From Rhodospirillales bacterium (GTDB lineage: Bacteria; Pseudomonadota; Alphaproteobacteria; Rhodospirillales; Casp-alpha2), in contig CBDDJO010000002.1 of assembly GCA_965229805.1 (NCBI GenBank), forward strand, positions 925,811 through 989,810: a DNA stretch of 64,000 nucleotides, read 5' to 3'. Both the position numbers and the translations under genes were made by a program. Each line of letters starts with the position of its first letter. Position 1 is the stretch's first letter. Below the pieces are notes generated by a model. It saw nothing but the letters and a program-made list of their open reading frames with translations. It had not been told where the DNA came from and did no database searches. Below, one piece after another: positions 8,595 through 18,383 of the stretch.

Positions 8595-10304
8595 ATGGCA
8601 CGGAAAATCACTGGGAGTGAAGCCCTTGTAGAGGCGCTCCGCGTGGAGAATGTCGAGGTCATGTTCGGGATCGTTGGGTCTGCGTTCATGGATCCACTGG
8701 ATATTTTCCTCAAAGCAGGAATTCGGTTCATTCAGGTGCGCCACGAACAAACCGCAGCGTTCATGGCAGATGGTTATGGGCGCGCCTCTGGGAAGCCAGG
8801 TGTATGTATCGGCCAAAACGGCCCCGGCGTCACGAACCTCGTAACGGGGGTCGCCAGCGCGTTCGTCAACCACACGCCGGCTGTTGTTCTTACGCCGACA
8901 GTTACGAGTACGACTATGGGGACCCATGCATTTCAGGAGATCGAACAGATTTACCTGTTCGACAAGCTCATGAAATATCAGACTCGGGTCAATCGTCCGG
9001 ACCGTATGGCGGAGGGCGTTAGGGGTGCATTTCGTGCCGCAATTTCGATGCGTGGTCCCGCCCAAGTCGATATTCCGCGAGACTATTATTATGGTGAATT
9101 CGAGGAGGATGAGTGGCTCCCCGAGAACTATCGGACCGACGGCCGGTTTGGTGGTGCGGCGCAAAGCGAGATCGAGAAGGCGGCCAAAATTCTCGAAGGC
9201 GCCAAGAATCCGGTGATCCTCGCAGGACTGGGCGCCGTTGATTCGAACGCCGGCGATTTGATTGCCGAGCTTGCGGATCGATATACCGCCCCGGTCGCCT
9301 GTGTGTTCAATCATAATGACGCATTTTACGGGAACCATCCGATGTATGTCGGCCCGATCGGCTATCAGGGCTCCAAAGCAGCGATGCGACTGATTAAAGA
9401 CGCGGACGTCGTATTGGCTCTGGGCACGCGGCTGAATAAATTCGGCACCGTTCCGCAATACGACATGGATTATTTTCCCGAGAACGCAAAGCTCATACAC
9501 AATACGATCAATCCGCTCGAAATAGGCGTCAGCCGCCCGGTCGCACTTGGTTTGATCGGCGATTGTGCTGAAGTTGTGCAGCAGCTGCTCACGGCGACGG
9601 AAGGCGGCGGAAAGAACGTCGACCATGCTGGCCGCAAGCTGCGTATCAACGAAGAGAAAGAAACATGGGCGCTGGAACTGAAGGAAATGTCTTCTCAGGA
9701 AGGCGGTCCCTCTCATCCGCGCCGCGCACTTTGGGAGGTGTCACAGGCGATCCCTGACGATGCCACCGTTGTTGCCGATGTCGGTAATATCTCGGGGTCG
9801 GCAAACGCATACTTCACCTTCAACTCTCATCGACAGTGGATCGCCGCCGGCAGCCTTGGCGGCATTGGCGTTGCTTATCCGACGGCACTCGGCGTCAAGC
9901 TTGCGCAGCCGGAGAAGCCGGTGTTCGCGTTTATGGGGGACGGCGCCTGGGGTATGACGATGCAGGAAGTCATGACCGCGGTGACGGAAAAGATCAATGT
10001 GATCGCGATCCTATTTGATAACTCCCAATACGGTGCCGAGAAACGCAACCAGTACGATTTCTTCGATGAGCGCTATTTCTGGACCGATCTAGACAATCCC
10101 GATTTTGCCCAGATCGCACGCGACATGGGGGCCCATGCGGTCCGTGTCGAGACACCGGAAGAAATAGGTCCGGCAATCGCCGAGGCTCTAACGATCGATG
10201 GGCCATCCGTGATTAACATCGTGACGACGCGGGATCTCTCCGAACCTTACAGGAAAGACGCTTTGTTGAAGCCGAAACGGCTGCTTCCGATGTACCAGAA
10301 TTGA
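8595..10304 (+). CDS. xsc: Thiamine-diphosphate enzyme, sulfoacetaldehyde acetyltransferase (Xsc)-like
   Basis: Shows the ALS/Xsc-type three-domain layout. Xsc-like segments as I recall them: IPRDYYY, HNDAFYGNHP, GYQGSKA, GDGAWGM TPP motif, QYGAEKRN, and a C-terminal EPYRKDALLKP. It is convergent with pta, and a TauE-like exporter lies nearby. Confidence 0.65.
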   Translation: MARKITGSEALVEALRVENVEVMFGIVGSAFMDPLDIFLKAGIRFIQVRHEQTAAFMADGYGRASGKPGVCIGQNGPGVTNLVTGVASAFVNHTPAVVLTPTVTSTTMGTHAFQEIEQIYLFDKLMKYQTRVNRPDRMAEGVRGAFRAAISMRGPAQVDIPRDYYYGEFEEDEWLPENYRTDGRFGGAAQSEIEKAAKILEGAKNPVILAGLGAVDSNAGDLIAELADRYTAPVACVFNHNDAFYGNHPMYVGPIGYQGSKAAMRLIKDADVVLALGTRLNKFGTVPQYDMDYFPENAKLIHNTINPLEIGVSRPVALGLIGDCAEVVQQLLTATEGGGKNVDHAGRKLRINEEKETWALELKEMSSQEGGPSHPRRALWEVSQAIPDDATVVADVGNISGSANAYFTFNSHRQWIAAGSLGGIGVAYPTALGVKLAQPEKPVFAFMGDGAWGMTMQEVMTAVTEKINVIAILFDNSQYGAEKRNQYDFFDERYFWTDLDNPDFAQIARDMGAHAVRVETPEEIGPAIAEALTIDGPSVINIVTTRDLSEPYRKDALLKPKRLLPMYQN

Positions 10305-10363
10305 GTACTGCGAGTCCCCCCTGACTCCCTAAGTCTTCACCGTACATGGGTGGAGCAAACTTG

Positions 10364-10406
10364 AACGGACCGCAGCTTCATGCTGCGGTCCGTTTTATTC
10401 TTTTTT
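10364..10406 (+). terminator. Intrinsic terminator downstream of the xsc-like gene
   Basis: 13-bp GC-rich stem AACGGACCGCAGC / GCTGCGGTCCGTT with a 5-nt loop, followed by the T-rich tract TTATTCTTTTTT. Confidence 0.75.
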
Positions 10407-10488
10407 GGCTCAAGCTGTAGGCAATAGTACACGAACGATCGAGCGAGAGCTCGAAAGCAAATGTCGCACAATCATATAGAGTGTATAA

Positions 10489-11442
10489 TTATGGCTGACG
10501 TTGGAGGCGGATTCCAGCGGCCTTCTTGCCGGCAGCATGAATTTGGGCGATGGCGGTCGCAGCGAGTCGCGCTTCCGGCGGGTCGGCCCGGCTGGTGAGT
10601 ACAATTGGGACCTTGGCGCCTAATAAAAGACCGGCAGGTAAAGCGGACCTGAAATATACCAGAGACTTGAACAGTACGTTCCCGGCCTCGAGATTGGGGA
10701 CGATCAGAATATTTGCGTGGCCTGCTACGTTGCTGTTGACGCCTTTTGTCTCTGCCGCCGCGGGGGATATCGCGACGTCTAACCCCATGGGGCCGTCAAT
10801 AAATTCGCCGGCACCCATTTGATCGTGCGCCCAGGTCTTTACCCTGTCGGCAAGTAAACTGGAGGGCACGCTGTCGATCACGCTCTCTGTTCCTGAGATG
10901 AGTGCGGTCCGCAAGGATCGCAACGAGAGGGACCTGCCGAGATCAAGGGTGTTGAGAACGATATCCCTGAGTGTCTGTTCATCTGGGCTCACGTTCACCG
11001 CGCAATCGGAAATCATTATCGGGTCTGCGCTCCCTGGCAGGCTAAGATGGAACACATGGGTCATGCGCCTGCCTGTACGTAGCCCGAATGCCCCCGATAG
11101 CGTCGCGCGCATTAGCACGTCGGTGTGGACCTGGCCCTTCATAATGGCGTCGACCCCACCCTCCGAGGCAACGCGGACAGCAGTCTCGACTGCCTCCGTT
11201 TCCGAAGCGGCATGAACAATCGAATGCCCGCCCAGTTCCCAAGACATCTGTTTGGCAAGACGAAGAATCCGCGTTTTGTCGCCGATCAGCAGGGGCTCGA
11301 TTAAGCCCCGGGTGGATGCAGCCCGGGCGCTCTCCATGGGAACAGGATGATCTGCTCCCGGGATCGCCATTCGGATCGGGGCGAATTTCCGGGTAGCGCG
11401 AAGCAATTCGTTTGGGATTTCGAACGGTATCTGACTTAACAT
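10489..11442 (-). CDS. pta: Phosphate acetyltransferase (short, PTA_PTB-only type)
   Basis: 317 aa with phosphate acetyl/butyryl transferase segments (DAIMKGQVHTD, ANILIVPNLEAGN). It is paired with the Xsc-like gene. Confidence 0.8.
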   Translation of the reverse strand: MLSQIPFEIPNELLRATRKFAPIRMAIPGADHPVPMESARAASTRGLIEPLLIGDKTRILRLAKQMSWELGGHSIVHAASETEAVETAVRVASEGGVDAIMKGQVHTDVLMRATLSGAFGLRTGRRMTHVFHLSLPGSADPIMISDCAVNVSPDEQTLRDIVLNTLDLGRSLSLRSLRTALISGTESVIDSVPSSLLADRVKTWAHDQMGAGEFIDGPMGLDVAISPAAAETKGVNSNVAGHANILIVPNLEAGNVLFKSLVYFRSALPAGLLLGAKVPIVLTSRADPPEARLAATAIAQIHAAGKKAAGIRLQRQP

Positions 11443-11454
11443 CCCAATATAAAA

Positions 11455-11488
11455 TATATTATAGTCATAATAAGCAATAAAAATAATA
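11455..11488. promoter_or_regulatory. AT-rich operator/promoter-like element upstream of pta (copy of the 4307 element)
   Basis: TATATTATAGTCATAATAAGCAATAAAAATAATA aligns to 4307..4336. Confidence 0.4.
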
Positions 11489-11587
11489 AAAAATGAGATT
11501 ATGTTCTGCGTTAGCTTGAGCGTACATGAGTTAGCAAGCGGTAGCGGATCGCGTGCCGGGCCGTCAGAAAAGTCCTGGGCGGCGGTT

Positions 11588-13009
11588 TCAGCCGATGAAA
11601 TAGGGAACGATATCGCGCCTCTCGGGTTCGGTCCGAATGGATTTTGAAATCGGCGGAACTGCGCGCTGCGTGCATTCGGTACGATCGCAGATCCGGCAGC
11701 TCACGCCAATTGGCGTGAATGCCCTAGCGTTCTGGACATCGAGGTCGTCAGCATAAACGATACGTTCGGCATATTTTACTTCGCAGCCAAGGGCGATGGC
11801 GAAACGGCGTGTAGGTTGATTGAATGCGCCGCCGTGTTTGGTGATTTGCCTGGCGATAGAGATGTAGCGTGCGCCGTCCGGTGTTTCGGCCAATTGCCGA
11901 GAGAAGGTGTCCTGGTTTTGAAAGGCAGCATGCACATTCCAGAGGGGGCATGACGCGCCGAATCTGGCGAACTGGAGTTTCGTTGCGCTATGGCGTTTGG
12001 TGATATTCCCGGCCTGGTCGACGCGTACGAAAAAGAACGGCACGCCCTTGTTGCCGGGCCGTTGCAGGGTGCTCAGACGATGCGCGACCTGCTCGATGCT
12101 CGCTGCAAAAGTCTGGGCCAGCCGCTCGAGGTCGTGTCGGGTTTTCCCGGCTGCGTGAATGAACGTCGAATAGGGGAGCCGCAGCGCTCCGGCGAAGTAG
12201 TTGGCCAGGCCGATCCGGCATATCCCGTTTGCCGGCTCGGTCTTGAAGGCGGCCGCGGATACGATGGCGTCAATTTCCGCAGAGCATTCCAGCAATCCGA
12301 TCTGATGCGCCAACTGGAAAGAATCGGTGTGCACCGGTGATGCTGCCCCAAGGGTCAGAATGCGTTTGCCGGGGTCGAAGAATCTGACCATGTTGGCGGC
12401 ATCGTCCTCCGGTTCCTGCTTCACGACACCGATACCGTGAACGTCGCTCAAATATCCTATCAGGCTCCCTTTATCGTTTCTGCCATACTCGGCGATCTTG
12501 CCGGCGCAAGCTTCGGCAAGCGTGTCCAGTTGGTCGATGTAGTTGTCCGTGTAGTGAAAGAAATCCCGGACCTCTTCGTAAGGCGTCGGCGTCGGTGTGA
12601 GCGCGCCTGTATTCATGGAGGCATCCAATTGCGCCAGCGTATCTGTCGTGCTGCGATAGGCCCGGTGAACGGTCAGCAGCGCATGGGCAATGTCCGGCGC
12701 ATTGTCGGCAACAAGCTTAAGGCTTTGCAGGGACACCTCGTCGCCGGCGAATGCCGGATCGGACAGGGCTTCGCGCAGATCGGCGACGACCCGGTCGCGG
12801 TCGTTGGTCGAAAAATCCGTGATATCAACATCGAAGTTCTCGGCCAGCGCAAGCAATACTGTCGCTGTGATCGGGCGCTGGTTGTTCTCGATCTGGTTGA
12901 GATAACTGGTCGAAATGCCGAGCCGTTCCGCAAACTCGGCTTGCGAAAAAGCAAGGCCCTCCCGCAGGTTCCTGAGTTTCCGGCCGACGAAATGTTTCGT
13001 ATTTCGCAT
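11588..13009 (-). CDS. pccR: Short-chain fatty acyl-CoA regulator family protein (XRE HTH plus ImmA-like/DUF2083 domains), PccR-like
   Basis: HTH segment GRKLRNLREGLAFSQAEFAERLGISTSYLNQIENNQRP and a C-terminal Cys-rich tail. It is divergent from bioY-pccBA. Starting at Met71 of the listed ORF removes the overlap with bioY. Confidence 0.7.
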   Translation of the reverse strand: MRNTKHFVGRKLRNLREGLAFSQAEFAERLGISTSYLNQIENNQRPITATVLLALAENFDVDITDFSTNDRDRVVADLREALSDPAFAGDEVSLQSLKLVADNAPDIAHALLTVHRAYRSTTDTLAQLDASMNTGALTPTPTPYEEVRDFFHYTDNYIDQLDTLAEACAGKIAEYGRNDKGSLIGYLSDVHGIGVVKQEPEDDAANMVRFFDPGKRILTLGAASPVHTDSFQLAHQIGLLECSAEIDAIVSAAAFKTEPANGICRIGLANYFAGALRLPYSTFIHAAGKTRHDLERLAQTFAASIEQVAHRLSTLQRPGNKGVPFFFVRVDQAGNITKRHSATKLQFARFGASCPLWNVHAAFQNQDTFSRQLAETPDGARYISIARQITKHGGAFNQPTRRFAIALGCEVKYAERIVYADDLDVQNARAFTPIGVSCRICDRTECTQRAVPPISKSIRTEPERRDIVPYFIG

Positions 13010-13140
13010 TCGCAAAATTACAATATTCAGTAACCATTTTGCAAAAATTTTCTTTGCCGCCCTATTCACGCTTCCATTCCGCGCACCGATTGCGCTACCC
13101 AAGCTCAGCAAGCCATCGATACACATAAGGATAATTGCAA

Positions 13141-13710
13141 ATGACCTTGCATGCGCATTTGTTAAAGGATCGTGCCAATAACTTAGCCATTCAGATCGCG
13201 TTGATCTTTCTCGCAACACTGATGATCGCCGTTTCCGCGAAGATCAAGATTCCGTTCTATCCCGTGCCGATGACGATGCAAACGGCCGCGATTATCGCGC
13301 TAGCGCTGGCATTCGGGATGAGGCGTGGCGCCTTGATCGTCGGACTCTACCTTCTGCAGGGCGCGCTAGGACTGCCGGTCTTCGCCGGCACGCCGGAACG
13401 TGGCATCGGACTTGCTTACATGGCGGGGCCGACGGGCGGGTATCTGGCCGGATATTTCATCGCGGCCATTGTCTGCGGCTACCTAGCCGACCGTGGGTGG
13501 AGCAACTCGGTACCGCTGGCGTTCGCCGCGGCGCTGATCGGTACGGCATCCATCTTTGCGCCCGGCCTCCTCTGGCTGGGGATGCTGTTCGGTTGGACCC
13601 CGGGTATTCTGGAAGGCGGTCTTTATCCGTTCCTTTGGGGCGCACTTTTTAAGACCATGCTGGTTGCCTTCATCATCGGCGGTGCTTGGCGCATCGCCCG
13701 CAAGTCGTAG
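13141..13710 (+). CDS. bioY: Biotin transporter BioY
   Basis: BioY-like segments [12 protein letters not shown] and [10 protein letters not shown]. About 189 aa, 6 TM. Confidence 0.85.
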   Translation: MTLHAHLLKDRANNLAIQIALIFLATLMIAVSAKIKIPFYPVPMTMQTAAIIALALAFGMRRGALIVGLYLLQGALGLPVFAGTPERGIGLAYMAGPTGGYLAGYFIAAIVCGYLADRGWSNSVPLAFAAALIGTASIFAPGLLWLGMLFGWTPGILEGGLYPFLWGALFKTMLVAFIIGGAWRIARKS

Positions 13711-13717
13711 GCCAACC

Positions 13718-15250
13718 ATGCAGGAAATCATTGCGGAGCTTGAAGAACGGCGCAAACGCGCGCGGCTCGGCGGCGGCGAGAAACGGATCGAGTCGCAGCA
13801 TGCCAAGGGCAAGCTGACGGCACGTGAACGCATCGATGTGTTTCTGGACGAAGGGTCGTTCGAGGAATGGGACATGTTCGTCGAGCACCGCTGCGTCGAT
13901 TTCGGCATGCAGGAGACGCAAACGCCGGGGGACGGGGTCGTCACCGGCCACGGGACCGTCAACGGGCGTCTGGTATTCGTGTTCAGCCAGGACTTCACGG
14001 TTTTCGGCGGCTCGCTCTCGGAAAGCCACGCCAACAAGATCTGCAAGATCATGGACCAGGCGATGAAAGTCGGCGCGCCGGTGATCGGCCTCAACGATTC
14101 CGGCGGCGCGCGCATTCAGGAAGGGGTCGACAGCCTCGCCGGTTACGCCGAGGTGTTCCAGCGCAACGTGCTGGCATCGGGTGTGGTGCCACAGGTGTCG
14201 CTGATCATGGGGCCCTGTGCCGGCGGCGCCGTCTATTCGCCCTCGATGACGGATTTCATCTTCATGGTCGAGGACACGAGCTACATGTTCGTAACCGGTC
14301 CCGACGTCGTCAAAACCGTGACCCATGAGACGGTGACGGCGGAGGAACTGGGGGGCGCCATCACGCATACCACCAAGTCCGGCGTCGCCGACCGCGCCTT
14401 CGTCAACGATATGGAAGCGTTGCTGTACCTGCGCCGTTTCGTCGACTTCCTGCCCCTGAACAACACGGAACAGCCGCCGGAAAGGCCGACGCCGGACCCG
14501 CACGACCGTATCGAGATGTCGCTGGATACGCTGACCCCGGACAATCCGAACAAGCCCTACGACATGAAGGAGTTGATTACCAAGGTCGTGGACGAGGGCG
14601 ATTTCTTCGAATTGCAGCCGAGCTACGCCGGCAACATCATCATCGGTTTCGCGCGCATGGAAGGCTCGACGGTCGGCATCGTCGCCAACCAGCCGATGGT
14701 GCTGGCGGGCTGCCTGGATATCGATTCGTCCAAGAAGGCGGCGCGGTTCGTGCGTTTCTGCGACTGCTTCAACATCCCGATCATGACGTTCGTCGACGTG
14801 CCGGGGTTCCTGCCGGGGACGTCACAGGAGTTCGGGGGCATCATCAAGCACGGCGCCAAGTTGCTGTATGCCTATGCGGAAGCGACCGTGCCCAAGGTCA
14901 CGGTAATCACCCGCAAGGCTTACGGCGGCGCCTACGACGTCATGAGTTCCAAGCACCTGCGCGGCGACGTGAACTATGCCTGGCCGTCGGCGGAGATCGC
15001 GGTCATGGGCCCGAAAGGCGCGGTCGAGATCATATTCCGTGCCGATATCGGCGACGAGGAGAAGATCGCCAAGCGGACCGAGGAATACCGAACCCGGTTC
15101 GCCAATCCGTTCATCGCCGGGTCGCGCGGTTTCATCGACGACGTGATTATGCCGCATTCGACCCGGAAACGGCTCTGCAAGTCCTTACGGATGCTGAAAA
15201 ACAAGGACCTGCAGAATCCCTGGAAGAAGCACGACAATATTCCGCTCTGA
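13718..15250 (+). CDS. pccB: Propionyl-CoA carboxylase beta (carboxyltransferase) subunit
   Basis: [39 protein letters not shown] start and acyl-CoA carboxyltransferase motifs throughout. The listed ORF has a spurious 5' extension that overlaps bioY. Confidence 0.9.
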   Translation: MQEIIAELEERRKRARLGGGEKRIESQHAKGKLTARERIDVFLDEGSFEEWDMFVEHRCVDFGMQETQTPGDGVVTGHGTVNGRLVFVFSQDFTVFGGSLSESHANKICKIMDQAMKVGAPVIGLNDSGGARIQEGVDSLAGYAEVFQRNVLASGVVPQVSLIMGPCAGGAVYSPSMTDFIFMVEDTSYMFVTGPDVVKTVTHETVTAEELGGAITHTTKSGVADRAFVNDMEALLYLRRFVDFLPLNNTEQPPERPTPDPHDRIEMSLDTLTPDNPNKPYDMKELITKVVDEGDFFELQPSYAGNIIIGFARMEGSTVGIVANQPMVLAGCLDIDSSKKAARFVRFCDCFNIPIMTFVDVPGFLPGTSQEFGGIIKHGAKLLYAYAEATVPKVTVITRKAYGGAYDVMSSKHLRGDVNYAWPSAEIAVMGPKGAVEIIFRADIGDEEKIAKRTEEYRTRFANPFIAGSRGFIDDVIMPHSTRKRLCKSLRMLKNKDLQNPWKKHDNIPL

Positions 15251-15262
15251 GGTCCGCTGACG

Positions 15263-17251
15263 ATGTTCAAGAAGATACTGATCGCCAACCGGGGGGAAAT
15301 CGCCTGCCGCGTCATCAAGACGGCCCGCGCCATGGGCATTTCGACGGTCGCCGTCTATTCAGATGCCGATCGCGACGCGTTGCACGTGCAAATGGCCGAC
15401 GAGGCGGTGCACATCGGTGCTGCGCCGACGGCGGAAAGCTATCTGGTGATCGAACGCATCCTGCAGGCGATCGAGGACACCGGCGCCGAGGCGGTGCATC
15501 CGGGCTACGGATTTCTCTCCGAGAACACCAAGTTCGCGCAGGCGCTCGACAAGGCAGGCGTGGCGTTCATCGGGCCGGGCGCCAAGGCGATCACGGCGAT
15601 GGGCGACAAGATCGAGTCCAAGAAGCTCGCCAACAAGGCCAAGGTCTCGACCGTGCCGGGCCACCCGGACGCCATCAAGGACGCCGCCGAGGCGGTCAAG
15701 GTCGCCGACAAGATCGGCTACCCGGTGATGCTGAAAGCATCCGCCGGCGGTGGCGGCAAGGGGATGCGGATCGCGTGGAACGCGGAGGAGGCCAAGGACG
15801 GGTTCCAGCGCGCCACCAACGAGGCCAAGTCCTCGTTCGGCGACGACCGTGTGTTCGTCGAGAAATTCATCGAGGACCCGCGCCACATTGAAATCCAGAT
15901 CATCGCCGACAAGCACGGCAACACGGTATATCTGGGCGAGCGCGAGTGCTCGATCCAGCGCCGCCACCAGAAGGTCATCGAGGAGGCGCCGTCGCCGTTC
16001 CTCGACGAGAAGACCCGAAAGGCCATGGGCGAGCAGGCGGTGGCGCTCGCCGCCGCGGTCGACTACCACTCCGCCGGCACGGTCGAATTCATCGTCGACA
16101 AGGACAAGAATTTCTATTTCCTGGAGATGAACACCCGGCTGCAGGTCGAGCACCCGGTGACCGAATACGTGACCGGCCTGGATCTGGTCGAGCTGATGAT
16201 CCGCGTCGCCGATGGCGAGAAGCTGCCGTTTAAACAGGCCGACATCACGCTCGATGGCTGGGCCATGGAAAGCCGCATCTATGCCGAGGATCCGTTCCGC
16301 AACTTCCTGCCGTCGATCGGCCGTCTTGCGAAATACCGTCCGCCGGTCGAGGAGCAAGACGTGCGCGTTGACACCGGCGTCTTCGAAGGCGGCGAGATTT
16401 CCATGTTCTACGACCCGATGATCGCCAAGCTGATCACCTACGGCCCCGATCGCGATGCCGCCATCGGCCGCATGCAACGTGCGCTCGACGAATATCTGAT
16501 CGAAGGCGTGCAGCACAACATCCCGTTCCTGAACGCGCTGATGACCCATCCGCGTTTCGTCGAAGGCCGGCTGACGACCAACTTTATTGCCGAGGAATAC
16601 CCGGACGGCTTCAATCCCACCGACACCGCGCCCCGGAACCCCAAGGCGTTCGCTGCCGTCGCCGCCGTCATGCACGCGGCCTATCAGGCCCGCGCGGCAC
16701 GGATTTCCGGCCAGCAGGCGGCGCACACCCGTAAGGTGTCGTCGGACTGGGTCGTCGTCTTCGGTGACGGTGAGTACAAGGCCCATGTCGGCGATGCCGA
16801 CGACGGCAAGGTCGAACTCAGCGTCGACGGTGAGGACTTCGTCGTGAAAACCGAATGGCAGTTGGGCGAGCCGCTGTTCCGCGCCGAGATCAACGGCGAG
16901 ACGGTCTGCTTCCAGGTCGCGCGCTCGACGGTGGCCTACATCATCTCGCAGGGCGGTATCCGCGCCGAGGCCTGGGTGCTGTCGCCGCACGTCGCCGAAC
17001 TGAACGCGCTGATGCCTATCAAGGAACCGCCGGATACCTCCAAGATGCTCCTATCACCGATGCCGGGACTTTTGGTCTCGGTCGCCGTCGAGGAAGGCCA
17101 GGAGGTCAAGGCCGGCGAGGAACTGTGCGTTGTCGAAGCGATGAAGATGGAGAACGTGTTGCGCGCCGAACTGGACTGCGTGGTTTCCGCGGTCAAAGCC
17201 GAGGCGGGCGCTAATCTCGCTGTCGATCAGGTCATCCTGGAGTTCGAGTAA
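15263..17251 (+). CDS. pccA: Propionyl-CoA carboxylase alpha subunit (biotin carboxylase plus BCCP)
   Basis: MFKKILIANRGEIACRVI biotin carboxylase N-terminus, ATP-grasp motifs, and a C-terminal EAMKMEN biotinylation motif. Confidence 0.9.
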   Translation: MFKKILIANRGEIACRVIKTARAMGISTVAVYSDADRDALHVQMADEAVHIGAAPTAESYLVIERILQAIEDTGAEAVHPGYGFLSENTKFAQALDKAGVAFIGPGAKAITAMGDKIESKKLANKAKVSTVPGHPDAIKDAAEAVKVADKIGYPVMLKASAGGGGKGMRIAWNAEEAKDGFQRATNEAKSSFGDDRVFVEKFIEDPRHIEIQIIADKHGNTVYLGERECSIQRRHQKVIEEAPSPFLDEKTRKAMGEQAVALAAAVDYHSAGTVEFIVDKDKNFYFLEMNTRLQVEHPVTEYVTGLDLVELMIRVADGEKLPFKQADITLDGWAMESRIYAEDPFRNFLPSIGRLAKYRPPVEEQDVRVDTGVFEGGEISMFYDPMIAKLITYGPDRDAAIGRMQRALDEYLIEGVQHNIPFLNALMTHPRFVEGRLTTNFIAEEYPDGFNPTDTAPRNPKAFAAVAAVMHAAYQARAARISGQQAAHTRKVSSDWVVVFGDGEYKAHVGDADDGKVELSVDGEDFVVKTEWQLGEPLFRAEINGETVCFQVARSTVAYIISQGGIRAEAWVLSPHVAELNALMPIKEPPDTSKMLLSPMPGLLVSVAVEEGQEVKAGEELCVVEAMKMENVLRAELDCVVSAVKAEAGANLAVDQVILEFE

Positions 17252-17277
17252 CGCCGTGGCCGGGATTGGGGGAACAC

Positions 17278-17597
17278 TGAGGTGCCCCTAGTTTGCTAGA
17301 CACCTTCCGTGTTCACATTGTGCTGCTGTCGGACTCAATTGCCGTTGACCGGATTTGCGCTTAGTCATCAGAAAAGCACCACTTAAGTCTGTCAAAAGTG
17401 CCAATTAACGATGTCACAATGCCGAATTCGCACCATTAGAGATGTCTGATGCTGAGCGAGTTTTGCCCTGATTTCATAGCGTTGCCGATCCTCCTCGAAT
17501 TGAATGTATGGCTAGGATACCTGTAGAGTGGTGAATTAAGACTGCTGTGCATGATTTGTTGTTTGATGCAGTCATCTAAAAAATCTCATTAAGAAAC
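17278..17597 (-). mobile_element. 3' terminal fragment of an IS3-family element (here called IS-A): terminal inverted repeat plus decayed transposase C-terminus
   Basis: TGAGGTGCCCCTAGTTTGCTAGAC at 17278 is the inverted counterpart of 37826..37849. The minus strand at 17447..17553 still reads ..HSSL.. / ..PYIQFEEDRQRYEIRAKLAQ.., an IS3 OrfB-type C-terminus broken by a frameshift and a stop. Confidence 0.65.
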
Positions 17598-17822
17598 TGA
17601 CCTTGCCCCCAACGTTGGACCGGCCTGAGGCCGAACTTCCCGCTTTCCGGCAGACTTCCTCGACACTCGTGCCCTCGTCAGCCTGCTTAAAAATTACCGC
17701 AATCGCCTGTTCCGAAAATCTCGACGCTTCATCCTCTTCTCCTCGTCTGCCAGCCAAGGCTAAACGAGAAAATTCTCACTTAGAATAGTCCAATTTCCGG
17801 GGTCAGGTCAGGGGGAGGATCA
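17598..17822 (-). mobile_element. Miniature (225 bp) internally deleted IS3-family derivative retaining both termini
   Basis: Left end TGACCTTGCCCCC and right end GTCAGGGGGAGGATCA resemble the termini of the intact IS at 36375..37592. The internal 61-aa ORF (17572..17757, minus) keeps an OrfA-like HTH remnant (SEQAIAVIFKQADEGTSVEEVCRKAG). Confidence 0.6.
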
Positions 17823-17840
17823 AGTCCTGTTAAAATTTAG

Positions 17841-17856
17841 TTGTCATAGACAACAA
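17841..17856. promoter_or_regulatory. Palindromic operator candidate upstream of marR
   Basis: TTGTCATAGACAACAA (palindrome TTGTC-ATA-GACAA) lies 21 bp before the marR start. It is 15/16 identical to 24534..24549. Confidence 0.5.
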
Positions 17857-17876
17857 AAAATGTTACTCGCTCTTTC

Positions 17877-18383
17877 ATGAATACAAAACAAATAGCACCG
17901 GAATCGCTTCTCCCCGAAGCGCTAGAGGATGTCGAAGCGCATTTTGGCGAACTGGCAACGGTAGGCATTCACCTACTGGCGGCGGCGGCAGCACGCCACG
18001 CTGAAGTCAGTTATCTTGGGCATTTCGGGCTGCCACTATTGGAAGCGCGGACGATGCTGTTACTCGGATCAACCGGGCCGGCCTCACTGAAAACGGTGTG
18101 CAAACAAGCCAACATCGAGAAAGCATACGCGAGCCGATTGATTGAGAAACTGATCCGTAAAGGCCTCGTGCAAAAGGTCGAGGATCCTGATGACCGCAGG
18201 GCCGTCAGGCTTACGCTCACCAAAAAAGGAGCAGCACTCAACGCTGACCTGCAGGCCGAGGTCGTTCAACGTAACGACCACCTGATGTCGGTTCTCAATG
18301 CCGAGGAACAGGACATCTTCTTGCGTTGCCTCTCTAAGTTGACCTGGGCGGCCAGGAGCTTGACCGCCATGGAGAAATCATGA
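17877..18383 (+). CDS. MarR family transcriptional regulator
   Basis: 168 aa with a winged-HTH core (SLKTVCKQANIEKAYASRLIEKLIRKGLVQKVEDPDDRRAVRLTLTKKG). Confidence 0.8.
   Translation: MNTKQIAPESLLPEALEDVEAHFGELATVGIHLLAAAAARHAEVSYLGHFGLPLLEARTMLLLGSTGPASLKTVCKQANIEKAYASRLIEKLIRKGLVQKVEDPDDRRAVRLTLTKKGAALNADLQAEVVQRNDHLMSVLNAEEQDIFLRCLSKLTWAARSLTAMEKS

Noticed and set aside
13010-13219. 5' extension of the pccR-like ORF (listed start 13219), and the analogous extensions of pccB (13556), etfA (44153), the FAH gene (30485) and the acyl-CoA ligase (22786).
   Set aside because: The extensions overlap neighbouring genes, carry no family motifs, and precede internal Met codons. The conserved N-termini begin at those Met codons ([40 protein letters not shown]).
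15359-16990. 543-aa ORF on the minus strand, one of several very long antisense ORFs. Others are 8499..9716, 13673..14503, 20640..21509, 33628..34794, 41397..42722, 49781..50371 and 60052..60831.
   Set aside because: Each lies fully inside, and antisense to, a gene with clear family motifs (pccA, xsc-like, pccB, Rieske alpha, ligB, MFS, sucA-like, CoA-transferase). Their translations are Arg/Gly/His/Asp-rich low-complexity strings typical of stop-poor antisense frames in high-GC DNA.
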